Shown: piece by piece, positions 29,667 to 39,170 of the stretch
How positions within the stretch are numbered: position 1 is the first letter of the stretch
How the letters are laid out: the number at the start of each line of letters is the position of its first letter
Source: Gammaproteobacteria bacterium
GTDB lineage: Bacteria > Pseudomonadota > Gammaproteobacteria > CAISUE01
Length of the DNA stretch: 64,000 nt
Direction: 5' to 3'
Assembly (NCBI GenBank): GCA_021156105.1
Contig: JAJNBD010000002.1
Span: 59,701-123,700, forward strand
Position numbers and translations under genes: made by a program
Notes under the pieces: generated by a model
What the model saw: the letters and a program-made list of their open reading frames with translations, nothing else
Database searches by the model: none
What the model was told of the DNA's origin: nothing

Positions 29667-29928
29667 CTTTGCAGGGGCAAAATTGTTTCATGTTTACCAA
29701 ATTGTTCTATTGAATATTAATATCAGAGCCACGACCGTGGGAGAGCGATTAATGAAACAGCCTTGCTATGTAAAAGCGATAAACCCAACGGTTGATGAAC
29801 GTCAGTTTGCCGCTGCGCGGATAATTTAATCAACCGCTCCCTCACAGTCGCGGCTCTGATCGCAAACGCAGTCCTTTTGAAAGATCCTCGCTCCAGCAGT
29901 GATAGCGTGATTTTTGCTTCCTGCAGAG
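29667..29928. mobile_element. 262-bp MITE with imperfect terminal inverted repeats and a 9-bp target-site duplication
   Basis: TTGAAGTTG occurs at 29658..29666 and 29929..29937. The ends are CTTTGCAGGGGCAAAATT (left) and the reverse complement CTCTGCAGGAAGCAAAAAT (right), similar to the IS remnant ends at 54227/54831. Confidence 0.6.
29722..29860. repeat. long inverted repeat (about 30-bp arms, about 75-nt loop) inside the MITE
   Basis: ATCAGAGCCACGACCGTGGGAGAGCGATTAA (29722..29752) pairs with TTAATCAACCGCTCCCTCACAGTCGCGGCTCTGAT (29827..29860). Confidence 0.65.
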
Positions 29929-30015
29929 TTGAAGTTGAGAGATACTGTTATTGGTTAATGTTTTCTTAAGCTTGAACTGTTAGGATGAAGCTTAAGAAAA
30001 AAAAAGAGGTATTGT

Positions 30016-30456
30016 ATGTGGAGTTCTTATTTTAGTCATAAAGGATCGGAGCTTGTTAGGCACTTAGCAAAGCTTAAAGAAGAGAAAGGGATAACGGTTA
30101 CACAGGCAATTAATTTATTAGCTAGCCGGATTGTAGGTTATGATATTCCTCCTAGCCGGGTAATGCTTTCACATACCTTACCCCCCTTAATAACCATCAG
30201 AGACGTTACGGACACAGGTACGATTGCTGAAGAATTAAACCGCTATCTTAAAAGTTATATTTATGCTGAGGCAAAGGTTAATAGCGTTGAACTTCGTGTT
30301 CTTCGGCCAAGCCTCGAGTGCGCTATAAACGATGAAGAAAAAACAGCAATCGAAACATTTTTAAAATCTTATGTTAGCGCATCGTCAGCTGCGGCATCAG
30401 CCCCTGGCTTAAGTGCAGAGATAAGTCCAGCGGCGCGTTTTAATGGGATTTTGTAA
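30016..30456 (+). CDS. orphan protein
   Basis: 146 aa with an AAGAGG Shine-Dalgarno 7 nt upstream. No recognisable motif. Confidence 0.55.
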   Translation: MWSSYFSHKGSELVRHLAKLKEEKGITVTQAINLLASRIVGYDIPPSRVMLSHTLPPLITIRDVTDTGTIAEELNRYLKSYIYAEAKVNSVELRVLRPSLECAINDEEKTAIETFLKSYVSASSAAASAPGLSAEISPAARFNGIL

Positions 30457-30604
30457 TTTTGATTAAACAACTTGACTGCTGCAATAATCCGCTTTATGCT
30501 CCACATATAATGCTGCGCGGTTAGTATTTAAGATCTGTGTAAAAACACGAGGACTAAATGCTTGGCGTGTAAATAATACGATTTTAAAATATTTAAGGCG
30601 GGAC

Positions 30605-32020
30605 ATGCACCAAGCTCAACGAATAGGTTTTATTAGCCTTATCTTATTAATCTGCGTTTCTATTGATAGCGTCCGAAACCTTCCCTCTACCGCTTTATTT
30701 GGTGCTCCGCTGGTTTTCTTATATTTGATCTCAGCGGTTTTTATGCTGATTCCAGGTTCAATTGCTGCTTCTGAGTTTGCTCATGCTTGGCCTGAGAGAG
30801 GCGGGATTTTCCATTGGGTCCGCCTAGGTTTAGGGGGACGCTTAGGATTTTTGGCCGTCTGGGGTCAGTGGATCAACACGCTTGTTTGGTTGCCAACGAT
30901 TTTGTCTTTTGTTGCAGGTTCTTTAGCTTATATGATTAAGCCATCATTAGCGGATGATCCTCACTACCTTGCCCTTTCAACGCTGGTGTTATTTTGGGGC
31001 TTAACTGCTCTGTCTTTTTTTGGCTTTCGCATCTCAGGCCGTATTGCAAGTTTTTGTTCTTTTTTTGGTTTACTGTTACCGATGGGTTTTATTATTGTAT
31101 TAGCCATTGCTTGGCTGGTCATGGGTAAACCTAGCCATGTTTATTTTGGTGGTTCTCATTGGTTGCCAAATTTTCATTCTAAAGATGATTGGTTTTCACT
31201 AGTGGCAATTATGACAAGCTTTGAAGGTTTTGAGCTGGTTGCCGTGCATATGAAAGATATCCATAACCCTAAAAAAAATTACCCACGTGCGATGATGATC
31301 TCTGTCGTAATCATTTTATTTACGATGGTGATGGGTTCATTAGCAATTGCGATGATTGTGCCAAAAGATAATATTATGTTGGTAAGTGGGGTGGCACAAG
31401 GTTTTGATAATTTTATGGCAGCTTATCATATTAAGCATCTATTGCCAGTGCTAATTATTTTAATGACCTTAGGAAATTTTGGCGAAATGATTAACTGGAT
31501 GTCAGCGCCTGCACGAGGTTTATATCAAGCTTCTGAATATGGCTATTTGCCAGAATTACTACACGAACGTAATCGCTTTGGTGCCGAGAGGAACTTATTG
31601 ATCTTACAAGGCGTCATTGTCAGTTTTGTTTGTTTAATCTTTTTATTTATGCCTAATGTCAATGGCGCTTATTGGTTTTTGACAAATTTAAGCGTTGAAA
31701 TTTATATGGTGGTATATTTATTGCTATTTGTTAGTGCAATTATCGTAGAATATAAGTTTCCTACTAAAGAACGCCTTTACGCATTATTACAACATCGGCC
31801 AGTGCTGGTTTTTACCTATGCTTTAGGTGTGATTGGTTGCATTGTGACTCTTATTATTGGTGCCTTTCCGCCAACGAATATTAATATTGGTTCACCAGAA
31901 AAATATCAGCTACATTTTTGGTTAGGTATTATGATCTGTTTATTACCAATCGTGCCGTTTTATTTTTATCAAAGAAACAAAAGTAAACAGCTGGGTTTTG
32001 AACCCGTTATTACAGAATAG
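30605..32020 (+). CDS. APC-superfamily amino acid permease/antiporter
   Basis: 471 aa with about 12 TM segments. The N-terminal region resembles GadC-type amino acid antiporters. Confidence 0.85.
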   Translation: MHQAQRIGFISLILLICVSIDSVRNLPSTALFGAPLVFLYLISAVFMLIPGSIAASEFAHAWPERGGIFHWVRLGLGGRLGFLAVWGQWINTLVWLPTILSFVAGSLAYMIKPSLADDPHYLALSTLVLFWGLTALSFFGFRISGRIASFCSFFGLLLPMGFIIVLAIAWLVMGKPSHVYFGGSHWLPNFHSKDDWFSLVAIMTSFEGFELVAVHMKDIHNPKKNYPRAMMISVVIILFTMVMGSLAIAMIVPKDNIMLVSGVAQGFDNFMAAYHIKHLLPVLIILMTLGNFGEMINWMSAPARGLYQASEYGYLPELLHERNRFGAERNLLILQGVIVSFVCLIFLFMPNVNGAYWFLTNLSVEIYMVVYLLLFVSAIIVEYKFPTKERLYALLQHRPVLVFTYALGVIGCIVTLIIGAFPPTNINIGSPEKYQLHFWLGIMICLLPIVPFYFYQRNKSKQLGFEPVITE

Positions 32021-32107
32021 CAATTAAATTTTACGTGGCAAGAAAGAGAACTTTACGTCACATAAAGTATAATGTTTTAGCTCGTTTTATTTCATTAAGG
32101 TTATATT

Positions 32108-33130
32108 ATGTTATTGCTTGAAATTGCTGATGTGCGCCGTTTGATCCAACAAATTGGCTTGAAAAATTTCTTTATTAAACTATGTGAAAATTTAACAGAA
32201 GATTTTTCTGCATGGGAAGATTTTCAAAAGTCTGCGCGGCATGCGGTTTATGTGGAAAATGGTGTTATTGAGTTAATGCCTGTTGGCGGGAAAAAGCACT
32301 ATAGCTTTAAATATGTTAATGGCCATCCGCTTAATCCGACGAGAAATAAATTAACTGTGGTTGCTGTAGGGATGCTGTCAGATGTGGATTCAGGATATCC
32401 GCTAATGATTAGCGAAATGACTTTATTAACTGCTATTCGGACGGCTGCAATTTCTGCGCTTGCCTCTAAACATTTGGCTCGAAAGAATAGCAAAACTTTA
32501 GCGATCATTGGCTGTGGCGCGCAAAGCGAATTTCAAGTGCTTGCCCATGATGCTTTATTTGATTTAAAAGAAGTTCGTTATTTCGATTTAGATGAAAAGG
32601 CAATGCAGCGCTTTGCGGATAATTTGAAAGGGAGTCATTTTGCTTTGGTGCCAGGTTCAAGTGCTAAAGAAATGATTCAAGGCGCGGACATTATTATTAC
32701 TGCAACGGCAGCACCTGGGAAAAATAAAATTCTTGAATATTCTTGGTTAACACCAGGTCAACATATTTCTGGTGTGGGTGGCGACTCACCTGATAAGACG
32801 GAATTAGACCCAGAAATTTTGCAGCATAGTAAAATTGCAATTGAGTATTTTCCGCAAACTTTCCATGAAGGTGAAATCCAAAATCTTGGCGATCAGGCTA
32901 AAGATAAAGTTTATGCTGAGCTTTGGGAAATTTTCTCTGGCAAAAAGCCAGGCCGTGTTAATGATCAAGAATTGACTTTGTTTGACGATGTGGGCTTTGC
33001 ATTAGAAGATTTTAGCGTACTACGCTTAGTCTATGACTTAGCAGCGCAGCACGCTATTGGTAAACGTGTGAATCTTGTGCCAAATGATATTCAAGACGTA
33101 AAAAATTTATTTAGTTTATTAAATGCTTAA
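32108..33130 (+). CDS. ocd: ornithine cyclodeaminase
   Basis: Strong resemblance along the whole length to Pseudomonas-type OCD (GVIELMPV, FKYVNGHP, DVDSGYP, TAIRTAA, IGCGAQSEFQ, GGDSPDKTEL, DDVGFALEDF). Confidence 0.88.
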   Translation: MLLLEIADVRRLIQQIGLKNFFIKLCENLTEDFSAWEDFQKSARHAVYVENGVIELMPVGGKKHYSFKYVNGHPLNPTRNKLTVVAVGMLSDVDSGYPLMISEMTLLTAIRTAAISALASKHLARKNSKTLAIIGCGAQSEFQVLAHDALFDLKEVRYFDLDEKAMQRFADNLKGSHFALVPGSSAKEMIQGADIIITATAAPGKNKILEYSWLTPGQHISGVGGDSPDKTELDPEILQHSKIAIEYFPQTFHEGEIQNLGDQAKDKVYAELWEIFSGKKPGRVNDQELTLFDDVGFALEDFSVLRLVYDLAAQHAIGKRVNLVPNDIQDVKNLFSLLNA

Positions 33131-33147
33131 ATAATTTTTAAGGAAAA

Positions 33148-33174
33148 AAGACGCCAGCTTTTTGCTGGCGTCTT
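33148..33174. terminator. bidirectional rho-independent terminator
   Basis: AAGACGCCAGC-ttttt-GCTGGCGTCTT, flanked by A-run and T-run, between convergent ocd and the DMT gene. Confidence 0.75.
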
Positions 33175-33175
33175 G

Positions 33176-34060
33176 CTATTTTTGCGGGCTTGGTTTACGA
33201 GCACTGCTCAGCATAGCAACAATGCCGCCGACAATAACCAATGCGATTCCTGCATATTCTAAATAATTCGGAATTTCTCCCCAGACTAGCCAGTTTAGTA
33301 AAACGCTAAAAAGAATGACAGAATAAATATAAGGGCTCAGTTTAACAGCTGAGGCATATTGATAAGCCAGCGTAATAAATAACTGCGATAGCGCCATAAA
33401 AATACCGATACCAACTAAACATCCCCAGTCAGGCAATGTGCTTGGTAATCTCCAATACATCAACGCAAGTGGTAAAAATATAATGCTTGATAATGAAAAA
33501 TAATAAAATAAAATTCTTATGACGGATTCAGTGGATCGCAGCCAACGGACTGAAAAAAGCGCAAGCGACATTAAAATTGCACCAAATAAAGCTACAAAAT
33601 CTTCAGCTTGCAAAAAGTGTTTGCCAGGCTGAAGCACTAAAATAATTCCAACGAAGCCTATGAGGACCCCAAGCCAGACGCGAGGACCAACGCTCTCTTT
33701 GAAAAATAAAACGCCTAAAATCGGCATCCATAAAGGTGCGCTATAGAGCAATAGGGTTGCATTCGTTAACGAGATAACAGGAATCGCAAGGAATAAACAG
33801 TACCAAGCCGCTGAGCCAGTGATGGCGCGAAAAAAATGCATGCCTAGTCGTTGCGTTTTGAGTTGGGCTAGTCCGTTACGTGCCACAAAAGGTAAAATCA
33901 AAATAACGCTAACTAAGTTTTGAATAAATACGATTACCGCTGTGGAGCTATGAGGGGCGACAGCTTTGCCAAGTGCACCCATGATCGCTAAAGAAAAAAA
34001 TGATAGTAATGAAAATAAAACCCCCAAAGGAAGTTTTTCATCTGAGTTGATTTGATTCAT
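33176..34060 (-). CDS. EamA/DMT-family transporter
   Basis: 294 aa with 10 TM segments in two EamA-like halves. Confidence 0.85.
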   Translation of the reverse strand: MNQINSDEKLPLGVLFSLLSFFSLAIMGALGKAVAPHSSTAVIVFIQNLVSVILILPFVARNGLAQLKTQRLGMHFFRAITGSAAWYCLFLAIPVISLTNATLLLYSAPLWMPILGVLFFKESVGPRVWLGVLIGFVGIILVLQPGKHFLQAEDFVALFGAILMSLALFSVRWLRSTESVIRILFYYFSLSSIIFLPLALMYWRLPSTLPDWGCLVGIGIFMALSQLFITLAYQYASAVKLSPYIYSVILFSVLLNWLVWGEIPNYLEYAGIALVIVGGIVAMLSSARKPSPQK

Positions 34061-34107
34061 AAATTCCTATATAAATATTTAAACTTCAAAAGACAGATGG
34101 CCTACTT

Positions 34108-35028
34108 TTAGCAAAAAGTATCTTTCACGCTGATAGGGAAATCTTTTGCGTTTAGCATAGCTTCACCTTCAATTTGCAAGCGTTTGATTTGCAAAATACC
34201 ATCACCAGTCAATACTTCAATTAAACCATCCCGCTTGCCTAAAATACGGCCTGGGATGCTTCCAACATAATTTAATTTTTTAGAGGGTAAAGCCGCTTCC
34301 CAAAGGGTAATTTTTTTCTCATTCAGATAAGCAAAAGCGCCTGGAAATGGCTCGCTTGTGGCGCGAATTAAATTATAAATTTTATCTGCTGGTTGTTGCC
34401 AGTTGATGCGTCCATCGGCCGGAATGCGTTTACAAGTAAAAGTTGCTTCTGCTTCATTTTGTGGTTTTGCTTTTGCTGTACCATTCGTTAAGGCAGTGAG
34501 ATTTTTTTCAATAATCTCTTCATAAAGCGCGGTGACTTTTTCATCAACGCTGCGGATGGTATCCGTTAAGCTGATATCGGTTTTGAGTTGATCAATAATG
34601 GGGCCAGAGTCTACATCATCAGCAATATGAAATAAAGTTACTCCGGTTTCAGTTTCACCATTAATGATCGCCCAGTTGGTAGGGGCAAAGCCGCGATATT
34701 TTGGCAATAAAGAATCGTGGATAATGAGTGTTCCTTTGGGAGGAAGTGAGTAAGTTTTTTTATTAATCAAAAAACGCCAGCCAATCGCAAAAGCAATATC
34801 AGGCGCACATTTTTCAACGACTTCTGCATATTGTCCAGGTTTAACAACATCAGAATAAAAGATAGGAATTTGATGTTCGAGCGCAATTTCTGTAATGCGC
34901 GGATGATATTGATCTTCATGAGGATCTTCAATTAAGCATAAGATGCCACAAATATTCGCGTTAAGTGCGATCATTTTTTTTAAAATCGCATAACCTCTGC
35001 GAGAACCTATAAATAAGAAAGTCTTCAT
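34108..35028 (-). CDS. formyltransferase family protein (Fmt-like, N- and C-terminal domains)
   Basis: HDSLLPKYRGFAPTNWAIINGE ... DDVDSGPII catalytic pattern and an Fmt-type C-terminal beta-barrel. It is not next to def. Confidence 0.8.
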   Translation of the reverse strand: MKTFLFIGSRRGYAILKKMIALNANICGILCLIEDPHEDQYHPRITEIALEHQIPIFYSDVVKPGQYAEVVEKCAPDIAFAIGWRFLINKKTYSLPPKGTLIIHDSLLPKYRGFAPTNWAIINGETETGVTLFHIADDVDSGPIIDQLKTDISLTDTIRSVDEKVTALYEEIIEKNLTALTNGTAKAKPQNEAEATFTCKRIPADGRINWQQPADKIYNLIRATSEPFPGAFAYLNEKKITLWEAALPSKKLNYVGSIPGRILGKRDGLIEVLTGDGILQIKRLQIEGEAMLNAKDFPISVKDTFC

Positions 35029-35081
35029 GCTTTTTTGTATCCTATTAGTTAGGCGAGACTCTCATTAGCTCGATCTCACCA

Positions 35082-36839
35082 CTATTTAATTTGTTGAATA
35101 TTCTTTAATACAGTGTCTAGTGATTGTGCGCCGATCATCGAAAGATTTTCTTGCAATTCGCCTTTGGCATTAAATAATAAAATAACAGGTGGCGCAAACA
35201 AGTGATAGCGTGCCAAAATTGCTTTGTTATCTGCAGTTTCATCAGTCAAATCAACTTTCACCAGCTGTAAATTATAGTGCATAGTAGCTTCTTTAAACTG
35301 AGGAGAGTCAAAAACTTCGCGTTCCATTTCATGGCAAGCGACGCACCAACCCGCATAAAAATCAATCAACATGGGCTGATGTTTTTGCCGCAATAAATCT
35401 ATTTCAGCAAGCGTGCTTATCTTGGTAAATGTTTTTGATGAGGTTGTATCATTTGCAAGGCAAGCGGCAGAAGCAGAAGAAAATTTTTCAAAAGGGTTAC
35501 GCAAGTCGCTACCACCAGCAATCGCACCAACAAGCAGGGATAAGCCATAAACACCAATGATGATTCCTAGTGCTTTCCAAAAGCGTGGCCAGCCAATTTC
35601 TGTACGGTCAAGTGCGCCTAAAAAAACAGCATAAAAGATAGCTAAAGCACCCCAAAGTCCCATAGCAACTGAACCGGGGATAATTCTTGACCACAGCCAA
35701 ATGGCCATAGCAATGAGGATAAAACCGAAAAAGTTTTTTACTCCCCCCATCCAAGCGCCAGCTTTGGGAAGTATTTTTCCTGCTGAAGAGCCAATAATTA
35801 ACAGCGGTAGACCCATGCCTAAACCTAGCATGAATAATGCGCTACCACCTAGCCAAGCACTGCCAGTGCCACCGATATAGGCTAGAGCTCCAACGAGAGG
35901 GGCACTAACGCAAGGAGATACGATCAGGGTTGAAAAAATACCCATCAAAGCAGCGCTGACTAAGGGGCCATGCTTCTTTTGATGGCTTAAATGGGTGAGC
36001 TTAGATTGAAGCCAGCTTGGCAATTGTAATTCATATAAACCAAATAATGATAAAGACAATAAGATAAATAAAAGGCCTGAGACGATAATGACCCAAGGGT
36101 TTTGTAATAATACTTGGACGTGTTCACCGGCAAGCCCTGCAAAGATACCAGCAATCGCGTAAGTTAGCGCAGAGGAAAGCACATAAGCTAATGAAATTAA
36201 AAATGCTCGCATGGACGTGATATGCTCGCCTTGATTCGCTAAGATGCTGGAGAGAATCGGCAACATAGGGAACACACAGGGTGTGAGCGCAAGCAATAGG
36301 CCAAAAACAAAAAAGCTGAATAAAACTAAAGAAGCACTTTGGTTTTCAAATAAGTGATTAATGCTGTGGACATCAGAACTTTCTTGCAATAGTTGGTCAA
36401 AGTTATTGTTGTTGCCTGAGGAAAGCTGTAGTACTTTTGTTTTTGGGGGATAACAAATACCAGCATCTGCACAACCTTGATAAGAAACTTTCAACTCGAG
36501 GTTTGTGGTGGATCCTTGAACGACATGAATAGGAACTTCCAGTTGGCGATAATACTCCATATAATTTCCGCGAGAAGGATCGCTACCGGCTTTGCCTTGT
36601 GGAAGTTGTAGGGGAGCAAGTTTTATATTGTTGGGTTTTGTGGGTTTAATATCAAGAGAGTCACTATAAAGATGGTAACCCGGTGCAATTTTCCATTTGA
36701 CTATACCATCTTGCTGGTCGATTGATTGAGCGCTTACTTGAAATGCCTCATCAGCAGGGAGAAATTTTGTTGAATCAGCAAGGGCTTGTAAACCTATCAA
36801 ATTAATTATGATAAGGAAAAGGTAGCTAAGTATGCGCAT
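35082..36839 (-). CDS. dsbD: thiol:disulfide interchange protein DsbD
   Basis: 585 aa: signal peptide, N-terminal Ig-like domain with CADAGIC, a polytopic core with CVFP and PCV motifs, and C-terminal thioredoxin WCVACH. Confidence 0.93.
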   Translation of the reverse strand: MRILSYLFLIIINLIGLQALADSTKFLPADEAFQVSAQSIDQQDGIVKWKIAPGYHLYSDSLDIKPTKPNNIKLAPLQLPQGKAGSDPSRGNYMEYYRQLEVPIHVVQGSTTNLELKVSYQGCADAGICYPPKTKVLQLSSGNNNNFDQLLQESSDVHSINHLFENQSASLVLFSFFVFGLLLALTPCVFPMLPILSSILANQGEHITSMRAFLISLAYVLSSALTYAIAGIFAGLAGEHVQVLLQNPWVIIVSGLLFILLSLSLFGLYELQLPSWLQSKLTHLSHQKKHGPLVSAALMGIFSTLIVSPCVSAPLVGALAYIGGTGSAWLGGSALFMLGLGMGLPLLIIGSSAGKILPKAGAWMGGVKNFFGFILIAMAIWLWSRIIPGSVAMGLWGALAIFYAVFLGALDRTEIGWPRFWKALGIIIGVYGLSLLVGAIAGGSDLRNPFEKFSSASAACLANDTTSSKTFTKISTLAEIDLLRQKHQPMLIDFYAGWCVACHEMEREVFDSPQFKEATMHYNLQLVKVDLTDETADNKAILARYHLFAPPVILLFNAKGELQENLSMIGAQSLDTVLKNIQQIK

Positions 36840-36843
36840 AAAT

Positions 36844-37158
36844 TTATTCGGAGCAGCTAGATACGATCCAGCTTAGATAAGTTGAAGAGGTGTGTGAGGT
36901 TGGAATTGCCAAAATTTCTGGTGTTTCATAAGGATGTAATTTTAAAATTTCTTTTTCTAATGATTCGTAGCAGGAAGTTGTGGTTTTTATGAGCAGCAGT
37001 GTTTCTTTGTTTTCTTCAACAGCATCATGCCAGCGATAAATCGCTTGGACAGCGGGGAGGATGTTCACACAAGCGGCTAGTTTTTGGTGGACAAGGTTTC
37101 TTGCTAATTCAGTTGCAACATCATGTGGGCAGGTTGTTAAAACTAGTAAAGCTTCCAT
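36844..37158 (-). CDS. cutA: divalent-cation tolerance protein CutA
   Basis: 104 aa with ACVNILP ... YRW ... ETLLLIKT pattern. cutA-dsbD synteny is conserved. Confidence 0.9.
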   Translation of the reverse strand: MEALLVLTTCPHDVATELARNLVHQKLAACVNILPAVQAIYRWHDAVEENKETLLLIKTTTSCYESLEKEILKLHPYETPEILAIPTSHTSSTYLSWIVSSCSE

Positions 37159-37230
37159 AAAGTATCTTTCGTCTACAGGTTATAGGGACGTTAGAGAATA
37201 TTATATCGTTTTCTCATGGTGGTAAAAAGA

Positions 37231-38184
37231 TCAACCGATATTCTCAGGTGAGGGCAGTTCGTCTTCCCCTTCATCAGGCGGCAGGCTTGTTAAGTGCTCA
37301 TCGTAGCCAATCGCTGTTGGAACACCATCTTCATCTTGTTGGGTGGCTTCAGCGCGTGCCCAGTCAATAGTAGCCGGGTGGTTTTTGGTAGCACGGTTAA
37401 TGGCCTGTAAAGCGCTTTCACTATCATGGTACTCGCTAAAGGGGACTTCAGACTCGAGGTATAAGGTATGGTTGTCCCAGCCCGCCTTATTCTGTTCATG
37501 TGTAATAGTCACTTTTGTGCCAATGGGCACGTTTTCGTAGAGGGATTCTATATCATCGGGTAATAATCGAATGCAGCCATGGGAGACCCGTTTGCCTACA
37601 GAGGCTGGAATATTGGTTCCATGAATACGAATGCCAGGTGCGTCAAAATATAAGGCATATTTGCCAAGTGGATTCTCAGGCCCCGGGGGGTAGAATTTCT
37701 TTAGGGCTTTGCCTTGGCTAAGGCTCTCAGCCATGATGGAGTCTGGGACTATCCAGGTTGGGTCTTTCTTTTTGTCGCGGATACGAGTCGTCATTTGTGG
37801 TGTATTCCAGCCTTCGCGACCTGCACCAATCGGAAAAGTGTAAACAGACGCTTCATCTTTTGGGAAAAAATAAACACGTAATTCAGCTAGGTTAATAACT
37901 AAGCCTTTACGAACTGATGGCAAAATAAAGCGTGAAGGGATTAAAACTTCGGTGCCAGGTTTTAGGCGGCCAACTTTTGGGAGGCCTTGATTGGCTTCAG
38001 TCATTTCATAATAGCCAATATTATAGTGCATGCCAAGCGAAGAAAGCGTATCGCCTTTTTGTGCGGTGACAACTTGTAATTCCCCCACAAGATCATTGCC
38101 AGTTTCAGGCAAGGGAAATTTTAATGAGAATGCTTCGTGAAAAAAAAGACTTAAGCAAAAAAGGAAAGAAAGTTGAAGTTTCAT
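37231..38184 (-). CDS. LysM-domain L,D-transpeptidase (YkuD/ErfK family)
   Basis: Signal peptide, a LysM block (GDTLSSLGMHYNIGYYEMTEANQ) and the catalytic HGTN ... SHGCIRL. Confidence 0.9.
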   Translation of the reverse strand: MKLQLSFLFCLSLFFHEAFSLKFPLPETGNDLVGELQVVTAQKGDTLSSLGMHYNIGYYEMTEANQGLPKVGRLKPGTEVLIPSRFILPSVRKGLVINLAELRVYFFPKDEASVYTFPIGAGREGWNTPQMTTRIRDKKKDPTWIVPDSIMAESLSQGKALKKFYPPGPENPLGKYALYFDAPGIRIHGTNIPASVGKRVSHGCIRLLPDDIESLYENVPIGTKVTITHEQNKAGWDNHTLYLESEVPFSEYHDSESALQAINRATKNHPATIDWARAEATQQDEDGVPTAIGYDEHLTSLPPDEGEDELPSPENIG

Positions 38185-38206
38185 CAGAAGAATAACTTTT
38201 AGTTAA

Positions 38207-38234
38207 AGGTACCGCGGCATATAGGCCGCAGTAC
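38207..38234 (-). terminator. hairpin downstream of hupB
   Basis: GGTACCGCGGC-atatag-GCCGCAGTACC (one mismatch). Confidence 0.5.
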
Positions 38235-38251
38235 CTTATAAACAAGAAAAA

Positions 38252-38545
38252 TTATTTTTTCTTGCTGCTTTTGCCAGCAACAGCGTCTTTTAAGCCTTTA
38301 CCAGCTTTGAACGCAGCAACTTTGCTTGCTTTGATCTTGATGGTTTCACCTGTTTGTGGGTTACGGCCTGTGCGAGCAGCGCGTGAGCGAACTTTGAATG
38401 TACCAAAGCCAACTAATACAACTTCTTCACCTTTTTTGAGGGCTTTAGTAACGCCGTCAACGACAGCATCTAAAGCAGCTGCAGCGCCAGCTTTCGTTAA
38501 GTCAGCAGCTTCAGCAACGTAATTAATTAACTCTTGTTTGTTCAT
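38252..38545 (-). CDS. hupB: DNA-binding protein HU (with short Lys-rich tail)
   Basis: [12 protein letters not shown] ... [26 protein letters not shown] is the HU/IHF signature. There are 7 extra C-terminal residues, GKSSKKK. Confidence 0.93.
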   Translation of the reverse strand: MNKQELINYVAEAADLTKAGAAAALDAVVDGVTKALKKGEEVVLVGFGTFKVRSRAARTGRNPQTGETIKIKASKVAAFKAGKGLKDAVAGKSSKKK

Positions 38546-38873
38546 AAAAATACCTTTTATTGATGATGAAAATAAACTGTGCCTTTTTTTCAGGCATTTT
38601 GAATATTATCGAGATTATGGCGCGGAGTCAATCATTTTGCGCCGAATAAGCCCGAAAAATCTGGGCTGAAAAGAGACACTAAAGTTTTTAGGGGAATTAT
38701 TCCTTGTATTCTGGCAAGAGCCCCATGCTACTTGACAAAAATAGCTTATCTAAAATTACTTTTCTCAAGCGATGTGGTTTTACTATTATATTTCAGTTTG
38801 TAGCGTTAGAATGTTTTTATATTAGGCATGGTTTTTGAATGCTAAAAGTTATAATTCATAAAGAGGAAATATT

Positions 38874-39128
38874 ATGCAGCAAATCATTGTTTATACAACA
38901 GCAACTTGTCCTTATTGTGTGAATGCTAAAAAGTTATTAGACCAAAAGGGCGTAGCTTATGAGGAAATTCGCGTTGATTTGGATCCTGATAAAAGAGAAG
39001 AGATGATGACACGTGCTAATCGACGAACCGTGCCACAAATTTTTATCGGTGACACACACGTAGGGGGCTGTGATGACTTATATGCATTAGAGCGGGAAGG
39101 AAAATTAGATTCATTATTACAAAAATAA
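38874..39128 (+). CDS. grxC: glutaredoxin 3
   Basis: 84 aa with CPYC active site, TVPQIFI and GGCDDL. Confidence 0.93.
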   Translation: MQQIIVYTTATCPYCVNAKKLLDQKGVAYEEIRVDLDPDKREEMMTRANRRTVPQIFIGDTHVGGCDDLYALEREGKLDSLLQK

Positions 39129-39130
39129 GC

Positions 39131-39160
39131 AGTAAGGCTCAAGATCCGTTGAGCCTTACT
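39131..39160. terminator. bidirectional hairpin after grxC
   Basis: AGTAAGGCTCAA-gatccg-TTGAGCCTTACT. Confidence 0.75.
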
Positions 39161-39170
39161 ATAAGTAAAC

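Noticed and set aside
37231-38184. Acidic C-terminal tail (DEGEDELPSPENIG) of the LysM L,D-transpeptidase as a type IV secretion signal
   Set aside because: The protein has a Sec signal peptide and a periplasmic enzymatic role. The acidic tail alone is not evidence of translocation.
38262-38522. 86-aa plus-strand ORF
   Set aside because: It is antisense to hupB, whose HU signature is unambiguous.
38546-38873. Possible small RNA in the 328-bp hupB-grxC divergent region (several short hairpins)
   Set aside because: The hairpins are short and AT-rich with no terminator-like structure. The region is adequately explained by two divergent promoters.
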